Assembly: GCA_041738235.1 (NCBI GenBank)
Contig: JBGSQF010000018.1
Coordinates: forward strand, 1,404 to 65,403
DNA from: Minisyncoccia bacterium
GTDB taxonomy: Bacteria > Patescibacteriota > Minisyncoccia > Moranbacterales > GCA-2747515
Direction: 5' to 3'
DNA length: 64,000 bases
In this document: in pieces, positions 27,090-37,250 of the stretch
Numbering within the stretch: position 1 is the stretch's first letter
Layout of the letters: every line of letters begins with the position of its first letter
Position numbers and translations under genes: made by a program
Notes under the pieces: model-generated
The model's database searches: none
The model's input: only the letters and a program-made list of their open reading frames with translations
What the model was told of the DNA's origin: nothing

Positions 27090-28913
27090 ATGGATAACAT
27101 CGTTTCTGAGGTAAAATCACGGCTGAACGTCGTTGATCTTATTGGGGAATATGTCCGCCTTACTAGGGCGGGTTCGAGTTTTAAGGGGCTTTGTCCGTTT
27201 CATAACGAGAAGACCCCTTCTTTTGTAGTTTCTGAGGAAAGGCAATCTTGGCATTGTTTTGGGTGTCAGAAGGGAGGGGATGCTTTTACCTTTCTTATGG
27301 AGGCGGAAGGGGTGGAGTTCCGGGAGGCCCTCAAGATCTTGGCGGATCGGACAGGGGTAGAACTCCCGCGATACAATCCCCAGGTGGAAAAGAAGATCAG
27401 ATCGTCATATGAAGTTTTGGAAAGTGCCACGAAGTGGTATGAGGAGCAGTTGCAGAGTGCTCGAGGGGAATTAGCAAAACGATATCTCCTGGAACGTGGT
27501 ATTTCAGAAGAGAGCATGCAAGTGTTTCATTTGGGGTATGCGCCACAAGGATGGAATAATATCGAAACGTTTCTAAAAACCAAAGGATATACTGCGCAGG
27601 AGATCGCACAAACGGGATTATTGGTAAGTAGACAACAAGAAACAAGCATTAAACAACAAGAAGGTCGTTCTGCGTATGATCGTTTCCGCGATCGCATTTT
27701 GTTTCCTATTGGAGATATATTGGGTCGGGTGATCGGATACAGCGCTCGTGTGATGCCTGGGGCAGATGAGAAACAGGGAAAGTACATCAATACGCCCGAG
27801 ACACCTCTCTACCACAAAAGTAAGGCCCTTTACGGGATCGCTCAGGCCAAACAGTCGATCAAGAAAGAGGATCGGGTGATCGTAGTGGAGGGAAATATGG
27901 ATGTTATCGCGATGTACCAGAGTGGATTTCAAAATACGGTGGCAGTTTCTGGAACAGCCATGACAGAGGAGCATATTGGGATACTGAGGCGATATACCAA
28001 AAATATTATTCTGTTCTTTGATATGGATCGTGCCGGTCGTGAGGCGGCATATAAGAGTACGATCTCCTGTCTTCGAGGGGAGATGAACGTTTTTTTAATG
28101 AAGGCGCAAGGAGGAAAAGATGCTGCGGAATTGGCGCAGGAACATCCAGATGAGCTACGTGCAGCGGTTCGAAATGCGCGGAGTGCAATGGAATTCTTTT
28201 GTGAAGAGATATTGGAAGGGAGCGATCTTTCGAGATCCGAAGAGAAGAAAGAGGCCGTGGAAAAACTCCTTCCGTTACTGGTGGCGTTGGTAAATGAGGT
28301 GGAGCAGTTTGACTGGGTGCGGAGGATCGCGGAACGGGTCGAGGTGGAGACATCGGCTGTTGCGGCGGCATTGCATCGGCACATTGAGCGTCAGACACAT
28401 CCTATGCGACAAGTGGAGCATCCCGGAGAAAGTGCTCCCATTGCAGAAAAGAGACGTAAAGATGTTTTACAAGAAGCGATCGTGGGAAGGATGTTCATGT
28501 ATCCGCATGTATGGAAAGAAACGGTAGCGTATATACAAAAGGAGATGGATCCATCTGTGCGTGATTTTTTGCATAAAAGCGTTCTTTTGGAGAGGGCATT
28601 TTCGTTGGGCGAGTCCGTCGGGTATGATTTTGGTCAGTTTCGATTGTCGTTGGAGGAAGGTACTTTGGTGGATGAAGCTCAAAGAATAGTGTCACATTTT
28701 GGAGAGTTTGGTGTAGAAGAAAGTGGAGGTGATGCAGAAAGATGGGATGAAACAAAAAAACTTATTTTACAGTTGGAGAAGGAAATGTGGAAGCAGATCC
28801 TCGAACAGTTGGTAAAAGATATTCGGAAGTCGGACCAAGCCGGTGATATTGCAACGCGCGATACGCTTGCTCGTCGGTTTGGAGAGGTTTCCCAAAAATT
28901 GCAATCATTTTAA
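27090..28913 (+). CDS. dnaG: DNA primase DnaG
   Basis: CHC2 zinc finger [11 protein letters not shown]...[27 protein letters not shown] and [11 protein letters not shown]. 607 aa. Confidence 0.85.
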   Translation: MDNIVSEVKSRLNVVDLIGEYVRLTRAGSSFKGLCPFHNEKTPSFVVSEERQSWHCFGCQKGGDAFTFLMEAEGVEFREALKILADRTGVELPRYNPQVEKKIRSSYEVLESATKWYEEQLQSARGELAKRYLLERGISEESMQVFHLGYAPQGWNNIETFLKTKGYTAQEIAQTGLLVSRQQETSIKQQEGRSAYDRFRDRILFPIGDILGRVIGYSARVMPGADEKQGKYINTPETPLYHKSKALYGIAQAKQSIKKEDRVIVVEGNMDVIAMYQSGFQNTVAVSGTAMTEEHIGILRRYTKNIILFFDMDRAGREAAYKSTISCLRGEMNVFLMKAQGGKDAAELAQEHPDELRAAVRNARSAMEFFCEEILEGSDLSRSEEKKEAVEKLLPLLVALVNEVEQFDWVRRIAERVEVETSAVAAALHRHIERQTHPMRQVEHPGESAPIAEKRRKDVLQEAIVGRMFMYPHVWKETVAYIQKEMDPSVRDFLHKSVLLERAFSLGESVGYDFGQFRLSLEEGTLVDEAQRIVSHFGEFGVEESGGDAERWDETKKLILQLEKEMWKQILEQLVKDIRKSDQAGDIATRDTLARRFGEVSQKLQSF

Positions 28914-28953
28914 TTTACTAACGTATTCGCGAGCATATCGCGAGCAATTGTAT

Positions 28954-30411
28954 ATGAAGAAGGCGACTAAAAAAAAGCAACCGACGGCGAAAGGGGCAAG
29001 TAAGAAAAAGACGCAAAGAAAGAACGTAGCAAAGATGAAAAAACCCCAAAAAAAGGTGGCTCGGGTTGTTGTACAGAAAAAGAAGGATGCAAAAAAGAAG
29101 GTGGTCAAGAAGTCTTCCAAAAAGGTGATAAAAAGATCGACAAAGAAGGTATCGACAAAAAAGAACGTAGTAAAAAATGGCCGAACAGGAAAAGGGAAGA
29201 GATCGCCGGGAGAAAAAAAGAAGAAAATATCCAATAGACAAAAAAGTCGCCAGAAATCCCCAAAAAAAGGGAAGGGGAAAGAAGAAGACCTTTCGTTGGA
29301 TGGGATCATCCCCAAGACTCCTGAGGAAATTCTTGCGGAGATCGTGGAGCGTGGAAAGCAGCGTGGGTTTGTGACCGAGGACGAGATCATTCACATCATG
29401 CCGGACATTGAGACGGATCTGGATAATGTGGAGAATTTGTATGAAAAGTTGGAAACTTCAGGGATCAAAGTGATAAGCTCTGACGAGCTTTTAAAGGTTT
29501 CGCCAAAAGAAGACCAAAAAAAGGTGGGAAAGCAGGTAAAGGATTCAGCCTTTTTGGCACGCGTTGGAGAAGATGGTGATGGGTCGAGGGATCTGGTGCA
29601 GATGTATCTCAAGGAGATTGGCCGTGTGTCACTTCTCAATTTCGAACAAGAGATCGCACTTGCCAAGGCGATCGAGAAGGGTGATTCAATGGCAAAACAG
29701 CGTCTTACCGAGGCAAACTTGAGATTGGTGGTGAGTATTGCCAAGAAATATGTTGGACGTTCGCAGAGCTTGTCCCTTCTCGATCTTATCCAAGAGGGAA
29801 ATATCGGACTTTTTCGTGCGGTGGAAAAGTTCGATTACCGTAAGGGATACAAGTTCTCTACATATGCGACATGGTGGATCCGTCAGGCGATCACAAGGGC
29901 CTTGGCCGACCAGTCGCGAACGATCCGTATTCCAGTGCATATGGTAGAAACGATCAATAAGTATATGCAGATACTGCGTCGGTTGGTGCAGGAGCTTGGA
30001 CGTGATCCGCTTCCAGAAGAGATTGCCGCTGAGATGGATCTTGATGTGAGCAAGATCCGCTATATTCAAAAAATATCTCAAGAGACGGTTTCTCTGGAGA
30101 CTTCGGTGGGAGATAGTGATGAGGATAGTGTGTTAGGCGATTTTATCGAGGACACGGAGACACTCATGCCCAATCAGTCAGCTTCTCGAAAATTGCTTAG
30201 AAGACACATTGAAGAAGTATTGGAAGATCTTACGCCGAGAGAACAAAAGATCCTTCAAATACGCTTTGGACTTGAAGATGGTATCACGCACACTTTGGAA
30301 GAGGTGGGGCAGGAATTTGGTGTGACGCGCGAACGTATCCGACAGATCGAGGCCAAGGCGCTTGAAAAGATCCGCGATCACGATATTGCCAAGAAGTTGA
30401 AGGACTATTAA
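28954..30411 (+). CDS. rpoD: RNA polymerase sigma-70 factor RpoD with a polylysine N-terminal extension
   Basis: Regions 1.2-4 are present: [54 protein letters not shown], and an HTH near the C-terminus. The N-terminal ~120 aa are K-rich (KKATKKKQ...[18 protein letters not shown]...). Confidence 0.85.
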   Translation: MKKATKKKQPTAKGASKKKTQRKNVAKMKKPQKKVARVVVQKKKDAKKKVVKKSSKKVIKRSTKKVSTKKNVVKNGRTGKGKRSPGEKKKKISNRQKSRQKSPKKGKGKEEDLSLDGIIPKTPEEILAEIVERGKQRGFVTEDEIIHIMPDIETDLDNVENLYEKLETSGIKVISSDELLKVSPKEDQKKVGKQVKDSAFLARVGEDGDGSRDLVQMYLKEIGRVSLLNFEQEIALAKAIEKGDSMAKQRLTEANLRLVVSIAKKYVGRSQSLSLLDLIQEGNIGLFRAVEKFDYRKGYKFSTYATWWIRQAITRALADQSRTIRIPVHMVETINKYMQILRRLVQELGRDPLPEEIAAEMDLDVSKIRYIQKISQETVSLETSVGDSDEDSVLGDFIEDTETLMPNQSASRKLLRRHIEEVLEDLTPREQKILQIRFGLEDGITHTLEEVGQEFGVTRERIRQIEAKALEKIRDHDIAKKLKDY

Positions 30412-30572
30412 AAAGTCCAAGCAGAGGAAAAGAAGTGTGGGCGGGCTTTCAGCTCGCCCTTTTTTCTGTGTGGGGGAGACGCTTGCCAAAAGGGTATTTT
30501 CTGGTACAATCTTGGTTGTACTGTTTTGGTTTCGGTATGTTTTCCGAGCGGACAATTTTTTGCAAAATACAT

Positions 30573-30647
30573 TCCGGCGTGGCGCAGCGGTAGCGCAGGG
30601 GACTGTTAATCCCTTGGTCGTAGGTTCGAATCCTACCGCCGGAGCCA
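30573..30647 (+). tRNA. tRNA-Asn (anticodon GTT)
   Basis: Acceptor stem TCCGGCG/CGCCGGA. D-arm GCGC-AGCGGTA-GCGC. Anticodon stem GGGGA/TCCCT with loop CTGTTAA. T-arm GTAGG-TTCGAAT-CCTAC. CCA is encoded. Confidence 0.8.
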
Positions 30648-30756
30648 AGAAAAAACCACCTCCATTTTGGGGGTGGTTTTTCTTTGCTCTCCGTCGAGTA
30701 GGATGAGAAGTTTATACTCGGTAGCGTAGCGGACGGGTAAATCCTACCGCCGGAGC
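30640..30756. repeat. left 117-bp direct repeat (attL-like)
   Basis: Identical to 50075..50191. It begins in the last 8 nt of tRNA-Asn and ends with ATCCTACCGCCGGAGC, a copy of the tRNA 3' end. Confidence 0.85.
30654..30685 (+). terminator. intrinsic terminator after tRNA-Asn (inside the left direct repeat)
   Basis: AACCACCTCC-atttt-GGGGGTGGTT stem followed by TTTTTCTTT. Confidence 0.5.
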
Positions 30757-32348
30757 ATTTCAGGACAACGAGCCCAAAAAGGCTCGTTTTCCATTTTTAT
30801 AGAGCCATTTTTAGCGGTTCGAACACGCTCATTTTCTCGAGACAGGATTTTTTGCATTTTTTGAAATTGCGGATACGGTTTTTCCATTGTATAAGCGACT
30901 TTTCCGTCTTTTACGGAGAGGTTCGAACAAATCGTCCGCAATACCTCTTTTTTGCGCGCGGGATTCTTGGTTTGCGAAAAAGCGTCCCGTGCCGTCACCG
31001 CGAAATCGAAGGCGCGTTCCGTTTCGGTGATCCAATCGTCCATACTGCCGTCGATATTTTCCATCACTTTTTGCAATCGATTTTTTTCTTTTGACAGCGT
31101 TTCTTTTTTGATGCGAAATTCTTCTTCCGTTATCTCTCCGCCCGCCCGCATATCGATGATCGCGTCGATTTTCTTGCAACACCAATCATGCGCGCTCCGC
31201 TGATTGACCAACAAGGATTCCCGCATACCCGACTCCTCCCGATTTTCTTTTGCAATAATGCCCATCGCCCACTTGGCAAAGTCCGAAGGAAGGGCGACCG
31301 ATTCGACGATATTCGCCATCTGTCCCGCAAGGTCTTTTTCGTGCACCACACTTTGAGCGCATTTCGGAATACCTTTCTTTTTGACGCAGTGGTAATGCGT
31401 GTACAAACGCACCACCCCGTTTTTTTGCACTTTTCTCCGATACTCCGCTGTCATTGTTTGCCCGCATTCCCCGCATACCATAAGTCCCGTAAAGGGGAAA
31501 AGGTGTTTTTGCCTTCGGTCTTTCATTTTCCGCCCCAAAATAACTTGGATCTTTTCGTGTTCCTGTTTTGTGATCATCGGCGTATGCGCCCCTTTGTACC
31601 AATTCCCGCTCCCTTCGGGATATTCGAATTCCCCGTAAAAAAACGGATCGCTGAGCATATCGTACCACGCGGAGCGCGAAAGCGGTTTGCCGTTTTCTTT
31701 TCGAAGCCCCCATTCGTTCGTCGCGATTTCCAATACGCGAGATGCCGACTGCTCGCAAGAAAGCACTATTCGAAACATCTTTTGCACAAGAGGGAACGCC
31801 GTTTCGTCGGTTATAATCGTTTTAAATCCCTTTGCCTTGTCGGGCGTGTTTCTATAGCCCACGCGCGTTGTTCCCGGATGCCACCCCATTTCCGCCTTTC
31901 GCTTGAGTCCGCGCTTTACGTCCACGCCCTTGTTATCGTTTTCGAGTTTGGCCTGCGAACAAAACAGATTGAGCAGAAATTTGTCGTTCGGATCGTTTCG
32001 AAAAATTTGATTTATAGTGCGGACTTCCGAAAGTTTTCCCCGATCCATCAAGTCGATAATCGTTCCCGCATCGCCCGCGTTTCTCGAAAGCCGGTTGATA
32101 TTCCAAAGCAGTATCGCGTCGGCCTCTCTCTTTTCGATGCGATCGATCATTTTGTTGAAAAGGGGTCTCGCTCCGCGCGCTTTGGCGCTGTGCGACTCGC
32201 GGACGATTTCAACGACATTCATTCCGTCCGAAGCGATTACGGGGCGCAATTCCGCCTCTTGCGACTCAATGGACAGTGCCTGCCGATCCTCCGCCTCGCT
32301 CGACTTTCGAAGGTACACGATAAACCGCAAAGCATTTTTGGGAAGCAT
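30744..32348 (-). CDS. large serine recombinase
   Basis: 534 aa. Resolvase-type N-terminus (FIVYLRKSSEAEDRQALSIESQ), recombinase domain, zinc ribbon (CGECGQ...YHCVKKKGIPKC) and a coiled-coil C-terminus. The stop codon lies within the att core copy. Confidence 0.8.
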   Translation of the reverse strand: MLPKNALRFIVYLRKSSEAEDRQALSIESQEAELRPVIASDGMNVVEIVRESHSAKARGARPLFNKMIDRIEKREADAILLWNINRLSRNAGDAGTIIDLMDRGKLSEVRTINQIFRNDPNDKFLLNLFCSQAKLENDNKGVDVKRGLKRKAEMGWHPGTTRVGYRNTPDKAKGFKTIITDETAFPLVQKMFRIVLSCEQSASRVLEIATNEWGLRKENGKPLSRSAWYDMLSDPFFYGEFEYPEGSGNWYKGAHTPMITKQEHEKIQVILGRKMKDRRQKHLFPFTGLMVCGECGQTMTAEYRRKVQKNGVVRLYTHYHCVKKKGIPKCAQSVVHEKDLAGQMANIVESVALPSDFAKWAMGIIAKENREESGMRESLLVNQRSAHDWCCKKIDAIIDMRAGGEITEEEFRIKKETLSKEKNRLQKVMENIDGSMDDWITETERAFDFAVTARDAFSQTKNPARKKEVLRTICSNLSVKDGKVAYTMEKPYPQFQKMQKILSRENERVRTAKNGSIKMENEPFWARCPEMLRR

Positions 32349-32512
32349 AGAAATGTAAATATAAATGGATTAATGAGAATACCAAAAGGGGACGACCCCG
32401 GCTTACCCAACGCACCACGAATGATTTGTCGGCGGAATCGCCCCCTTTTGGAGACAAGAAAATTCGCAGTATCGCGGAGGGTAAGCATTTTTAGTATACC
32501 GAATTTTCAGAA

Positions 32513-33184
32513 TTATTTCAAGCAATCAAATCTCCGTGCCATACGGAAAAACGACTGTTCGAGCGAGTGTTCTTTTTTGAGGTAGGCGCGGTATTTCCGT
32601 GTCGGTTTTCCGCGATAGAAATACCGTCCGATTTTTTTCTCGCTTTCTTCCAAATCGGGGATCGTATACGCGTATCCGCAAATGCGCGAATCGTACGTCA
32701 ATTCGAGGCAGTGCCGGCACGCAAAATACGAACACCCTCCGCCCAGATACAATTTTGCGACTCTTCGTCCGCAGTAGATGCCGTTTTTGAGAATCGAACA
32801 TCGGAAAAAATACCGCCTCCCTCCGTATCGGCAGGGGAGGGAGACAATGGGATATTTTTGGCTTATTTCTCTCTTCTCCCCCGTTTGCCAATCGGTGACG
32901 GTGTAGTTGAGTTTCAAATACGACTCTTCCCCGTCCTCCCCGATGTTGATTGTATATCCGACACTGTTTTTTCTTTCGCTCCATCCGCTCGTCCACGTAA
33001 CCGTACCCGAAGCATACCCGACCAAAGATCCCCATCGCTTGAAATCGTAGATGCTTATCGTATGGCATTCTTCTTTTTGCAGTTTTCCCATATAACCGAA
33101 ATAATTAAAGATTGATACCGTTTCCCACCGAATCCCCGAATATGTCCAAAGCGTCTTCAAACAGTTGATCCGGTTTCGTTTCAT
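32513..33184 (-). CDS. Cys-rich (zinc-ribbon-like) hypothetical protein
   Basis: 223 aa with paired CxxC-type spacing (CRYGGRRYFFRC, CGRRV, CSYFACRHC). No family recognised. It overlaps the 3' end of the upstream ORF by ~80 nt, so the start is uncertain. Confidence 0.3.
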   Translation of the reverse strand: MKRNRINCLKTLWTYSGIRWETVSIFNYFGYMGKLQKEECHTISIYDFKRWGSLVGYASGTVTWTSGWSERKNSVGYTINIGEDGEESYLKLNYTVTDWQTGEKREISQKYPIVSLPCRYGGRRYFFRCSILKNGIYCGRRVAKLYLGGGCSYFACRHCLELTYDSRICGYAYTIPDLEESEKKIGRYFYRGKPTRKYRAYLKKEHSLEQSFFRMARRFDCLK

Positions 33185-35360
33185 TTTTTACCCCACCCCC
33201 GCTCTCACGATTGTTTTCCGTTTCCTCGTCCCTTCCCGCGCACGGATAGATAAGTATCTTTCTTTTGTCCGAAGGATCGCGCTCTTGTTCCACCAATCCC
33301 GACGCTTCCAAAGGCGGGAGAATTTGTTGCCTGAAACGCCAATCTTCGAGAAAGCGTCCGTGCACTTCTTGATACTTTTTCAAAATCTCGTGCTTCCCAA
33401 GTCCCACGACAACGCTCAAACCCTCGTTTTTCTTTTGGAAGGCGGGGAGGATCACCGTTTTGTACACTTCGTACACGTACGGCGAGAGATTATACTCTTG
33501 GCTTTCGGAAATCGCTCCCCACAAAGAGACGGCTTCCCGCAAATCGTCCCCGTTTGCCGTGAGACAATTTCCGTTTCGTTTGCGAAACCACACGTTAAGG
33601 AGCGCAAACATCCGCACAAAGGCGATAAACCGCGCGATATCTCTCTGATGGCGCGGTTTGAGATGCGCCTTGCCCTCCAAAAAAATCTTTTCGATCTCTT
33701 CGGGAGAAGACAACATAATTTCGCCAATGTGTTCGTTCCGTATCGCCAAAAGGCGATCCATAAGAAGCGACCGCGCTGGATTTTCGTCGAGGATTTTTTG
33801 GTACGCCTCCGGATCGGTCTCGCGCAAAATCTTTTCGTGAATGCCAGCGCGCACCTTTTCGGGATCAGCTTCGGGAGAAAGCAAAAGAAATCGCGTCCCT
33901 TCCTGTTCGTCAATGAGAATCCCCGCACTGCAAAAAATGACCGCGGGAAATCCCTTGATAAAAATCGTTTTCGTTCGCATTCCGCTCTTTTGGCTTTTGT
34001 CCGTAATCTTGACTGTCATCTCTTTTTTGTCGTGAGAAAGAAGCGGGCGAAGCCGTTCCAAAAGTTGCGTATGCGGTTGATCGAGAAAAATCAAAATCTT
34101 TCGCGACAAATCGATCTCGATTCCGCCCCGTTCCTTGTTGTACACGCCCGCATCGTGAAAAAACGAAGTGGGGGAGCAATACCCGATTTCGATCACGTCC
34201 TCCGGGGGAAACAATTTTGCAATCTCCGTCGGGATGTAACTCTTTCCGGTGGAAGAGGGCGCATTCAAACTGATGTTTATTTGCGCCGATTCCGTATACG
34301 CCGAGAGTTCGCACAAAAACGTCGCCAATTTGTTGGAGTCGTCCTTTTTGATAGTAAGTCCCAACACGTCGAGAAGTTCTTTTGAGCCGATCGGAGAAAA
34401 TCGCGAAACGTCAATCGGCTCTTTTCCCCCCGCAAACGTCGCGAGGGCACGTAATTCCTCCGCGCTTCCTCCGCAGTCACCGAAATAGTTTGAGATGTCG
34501 CTTCCCTTGGGGAGCACCTCCGGCAACTCCGCCCGAAAGACGCTCGTTTGCGGAAGTTCTTCCGACAAGAGCGCAATCACCCGATCTGTGCCTTTCTGTC
34601 CCGCCTCGTCATTGTCAAAACACACCACAACGCGGGAAACCCGTACGAACGCCTCCGCCCATTCCCGCTTAAACGTACCCGCGCCCGCCGTCGAAGTCAC
34701 GGCGCAAAATCCCTTTTGGGACAACATCATCTGATCGAATTCCCCCTCGCAAATCCACACCTCGCCCGCCTCCGCGATGGACTCCTTTCCGTACAAAGAC
34801 GCTCCCGATCCGGTGGGATAAAACTTGTACTTGTCGGGATTCGTTTCTTCCTCCGCGGGGTCTCGGCGCAATTTGAGAAACGCCCATCCCCCCGTATCGT
34901 TGGGAACGGGAATCGTGATCCAATTTTTCCGGTAGAAACGGCCATACCCGATCTTTTGCTTCTCGATTGTTTCGTCCGTGATGCCCCGACCGTTGAGATA
35001 CGTCCGAATTCGCTCCGGTACACTCTCCGCGCACCGTTCCGCCACGCTCCCGTCGAATCGCGCGGGACTTTTGCGTGTCGTGACCTTCTCGCCCCCGATC
35101 GGACTCCGCGCCACGTCGCCGGGCGTATCTCCCAACGCCTTGGCAAGGGTAAAGATATTTCCCGACGCATTGCATTTCTTGCAATGATATTGCCCTGTCT
35201 CGCTTGAAAGATATAAATGCCCCTCTGCGCCCCGACTGTCCTTGTCGCATGCGCCGAACAAACACTTTGCGATAAGTTCCCCGTTGCTTTCTTTGAATGC
35301 GATACCTTTTTTCTCCAAATACTCCCGAATCGTTATCGTTTCCATACTGTTTTTTTGCAT
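33105..35360 (-). CDS. primase with P-loop NTPase domain (CHC2 Zn finger + TOPRIM + Walker-A domain)
   Basis: 751 aa. Zn finger CLFGAC...HCKKCNASGN. TOPRIM VWICEGEFDQMMLSQKGF and VVCFDNDEAGQKG. Downstream Walker A LNAPSSTGKSY. Confidence 0.7.
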   Translation of the reverse strand: MQKNSMETITIREYLEKKGIAFKESNGELIAKCLFGACDKDSRGAEGHLYLSSETGQYHCKKCNASGNIFTLAKALGDTPGDVARSPIGGEKVTTRKSPARFDGSVAERCAESVPERIRTYLNGRGITDETIEKQKIGYGRFYRKNWITIPVPNDTGGWAFLKLRRDPAEEETNPDKYKFYPTGSGASLYGKESIAEAGEVWICEGEFDQMMLSQKGFCAVTSTAGAGTFKREWAEAFVRVSRVVVCFDNDEAGQKGTDRVIALLSEELPQTSVFRAELPEVLPKGSDISNYFGDCGGSAEELRALATFAGGKEPIDVSRFSPIGSKELLDVLGLTIKKDDSNKLATFLCELSAYTESAQINISLNAPSSTGKSYIPTEIAKLFPPEDVIEIGYCSPTSFFHDAGVYNKERGGIEIDLSRKILIFLDQPHTQLLERLRPLLSHDKKEMTVKITDKSQKSGMRTKTIFIKGFPAVIFCSAGILIDEQEGTRFLLLSPEADPEKVRAGIHEKILRETDPEAYQKILDENPARSLLMDRLLAIRNEHIGEIMLSSPEEIEKIFLEGKAHLKPRHQRDIARFIAFVRMFALLNVWFRKRNGNCLTANGDDLREAVSLWGAISESQEYNLSPYVYEVYKTVILPAFQKKNEGLSVVVGLGKHEILKKYQEVHGRFLEDWRFRQQILPPLEASGLVEQERDPSDKRKILIYPCAGRDEETENNRESGGGVKNETKPDQLFEDALDIFGDSVGNGINL

Positions 35361-35392
35361 ACGCTGTGTAAATAATAATGTGAATTAAATGC

Positions 35393-35602
35393 TTACTTTT
35401 CCGATATTTCCCCCAACCCCCGCAAAATTGCCTCCCGATCTCCTTCGTCGTACTCTTCCGCATCAACCAGTGCAGTAAACGCCTTCCGAATCTCCTTTGC
35501 TCCGATGCCCCGTCCCGTGATCGCCTGCGCAAAGCACGCGTAACTCGAAAGCCCGGGATTTCTTTCCGCAATCTCCTCAAACCGCTGGTGTATTGTTTTC
35601 AT
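35393..35602 (-). CDS. small hypothetical protein
   Basis: 69 aa. Overlaps the upstream small ORF by 26 nt. Confidence 0.25.
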   Translation of the reverse strand: MKTIHQRFEEIAERNPGLSSYACFAQAITGRGIGAKEIRKAFTALVDAEEYDEGDREAILRGLGEISEK

Positions 35603-35768
35603 AGTGTTGTATTTTTTCTTGAATGTTTTCCCGCTCCGTCTCCCGAACGACCCGCACCAAACGCACGACCCTCTCGCCCGCCTCCCGCGCCTCCTCGTCG
35701 CTTAAAACGACCCCGAAACGGTTTTGGTACAGCGTCTTGAACGTTTGAATGTCGGCGTTGTCGAGCAT
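35577..35768 (-). CDS. small hypothetical protein
   Basis: 63 aa, acidic and Arg-rich. Confidence 0.25.
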   Translation of the reverse strand: MLDNADIQTFKTLYQNRFGVVLSDEEAREAGERVVRLVRVVRETERENIQEKIQHYENNTPAV

Positions 35769-35774
35769 ACGAAA

Positions 35775-36101
35775 TTATCGGTAAATTTGATTTTTGAGCG
35801 ACCGCAAATTATCCGCAAATGTTCGCGCCCGCACCTCGAGCCGATTGAGAAAATACCGCTGTGCCATAAGTTCGATGTCCTCCTTTACGAAAAACACGAA
35901 CACGCAATTTTTCGGATCGCTCTTGTCAATCCGTTTGATCGCGTACCCCGCCGGAACCGACAAAAGCGCGCTCGCGCAATGAATGTCCCGAATCACAAAA
36001 ACCCCCTCCTCCTCCCTTTCTTTTTTCTCCTCTTCTCTCTCCCCGCAAGCATCTTTTCGCATAGGCGTAATGCTAATGATTATTGGGTGAAAAAAATTCA
36101 C
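35775..36101 (-). CDS. hypothetical protein
   Basis: 108-aa ORF in the element's G+C-rich module. Confidence 0.3.
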   Translation of the reverse strand: MNFFHPIIISITPMRKDACGEREEEKKEREEEGVFVIRDIHCASALLSVPAGYAIKRIDKSDPKNCVFVFFVKEDIELMAQRYFLNRLEVRARTFADNLRSLKNQIYR

Positions 36102-36251
36102 CTATATCTATCGCACAAGTCCTTTTTGGAGCGTGTCAAGAGATATGCTTAAAAATGCAAAAAAATCCCTAAAATAAGGGATTTTTTTTGAAAAAAAGAG
36201 TGTTATGGAGGACTTCCCGCATTTCCCGGGAAGCGTGCCGGGAAGTGTTTT

Positions 36252-37250
36252 TTAGGGGAGAGCGTCGGGACTGATTCGGTATTCGTTTATTTTTCCGTTT
36301 TTCCTTGTTTGTATGATTTCCAGTCCGATCTTTTCGGCTATGGCGCAAATGATCGAACGTTCGTTTGAGACGGTTTTTTGCTCGACACCCATTCTTTGCG
36401 CCAGATCTTTTCTTGTATGCCAAACATTCCTACTCCCTTTTCCTTCGTGATGCAGAAAAGCGAGAATATTATGAGCCGTTTCGGTTATTTCTTCCTTTTG
36501 TCGGTATATTCCAACCGCGTCCCCGTCCCACAAAATCGCGCGCTTTTCAAGCGACGCAAACCCGTTTTTTCCGAGAGGAATCCCGTCCTTTTCCGATGGC
36601 CGTCCCGTATGACCGAAAAACTTTCGGAAAAGAGTTTTGTCGAAAATCGCATTTTTATTTTTGGAAAGAATTTTGTCGAGTGCAATGCACAAGACATCCC
36701 CATCGATTTTTCGCGCCGGAGCAAAAGGCAAGAAAATGACCGCTCTTTCACTTGATTGTTGGGCGAGATCGATTGCCTTGCTTGTGTCAAACGCGTCCGC
36801 GTTTCGCGCGAAGAAAAACATGCGCGATTCCCCCGCAAGAAAATGCGACCCGAGCGACCATGTCTTTTCCGAAATCGAAGCCCGACCGCCGATTCCGAGA
36901 TCGCCCAAAAGACGCAAGAGCAATGCCTCGACATCGATCCGCCACTCTTTCGTCTCATTTTTCTCGATAAATTGAAACCGTGTCGAACCGCACTCGTTGC
37001 AAAAAATACACAATTTTCTAAATTTTTCCAATATCTCGCATGGCGTATGGCAATTATGGCACGGCGCATTTTGTGCCTTTCTCTCATACAGAATTCTTGC
37101 TTTAATCGCCCGCGCAATTTCTTTCTCAAAAGGAAAAACGGACTCCCAAGATAAAGAGGGAGATTCGTTTTCAACTGCGAGAAGTATTTTATGCATCAAA
37201 TCCTTCATCGATTCCCGTGTCTTTAAGAATACGGCACGCTTTTTTCTCAA
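36252..37250 (-). CDS. hypothetical protein (Cys cluster; possible C-terminal HTH)
   Basis: 332 aa. A CHNCHTPC...CIFCNECG cluster. The C-terminus KDLAQRMGVEQKTVSNERSIICAIAEKIG is HTH-like. Confidence 0.4.
   Translation of the reverse strand: MRKKRAVFLKTRESMKDLMHKILLAVENESPSLSWESVFPFEKEIARAIKARILYERKAQNAPCHNCHTPCEILEKFRKLCIFCNECGSTRFQFIEKNETKEWRIDVEALLLRLLGDLGIGGRASISEKTWSLGSHFLAGESRMFFFARNADAFDTSKAIDLAQQSSERAVIFLPFAPARKIDGDVLCIALDKILSKNKNAIFDKTLFRKFFGHTGRPSEKDGIPLGKNGFASLEKRAILWDGDAVGIYRQKEEITETAHNILAFLHHEGKGSRNVWHTRKDLAQRMGVEQKTVSNERSIICAIAEKIGLEIIQTRKNGKINEYRISPDALP

Noticed and set aside
31188-32585. 465-aa plus-strand ORF
   Set aside because: Antisense shadow of the serine recombinase gene in a G+C-rich region. 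The recombinase frame has clear catalytic and zinc-ribbon motifs.
34548-35580. 219-aa (+) and 303-aa (-) ORFs inside the primase gene region
   Set aside because: Arg/Gly/Pro-rich, typical of spurious ORFs in high-GC DNA. The 751-aa frame carries the Zn-finger, TOPRIM and Walker A motifs.
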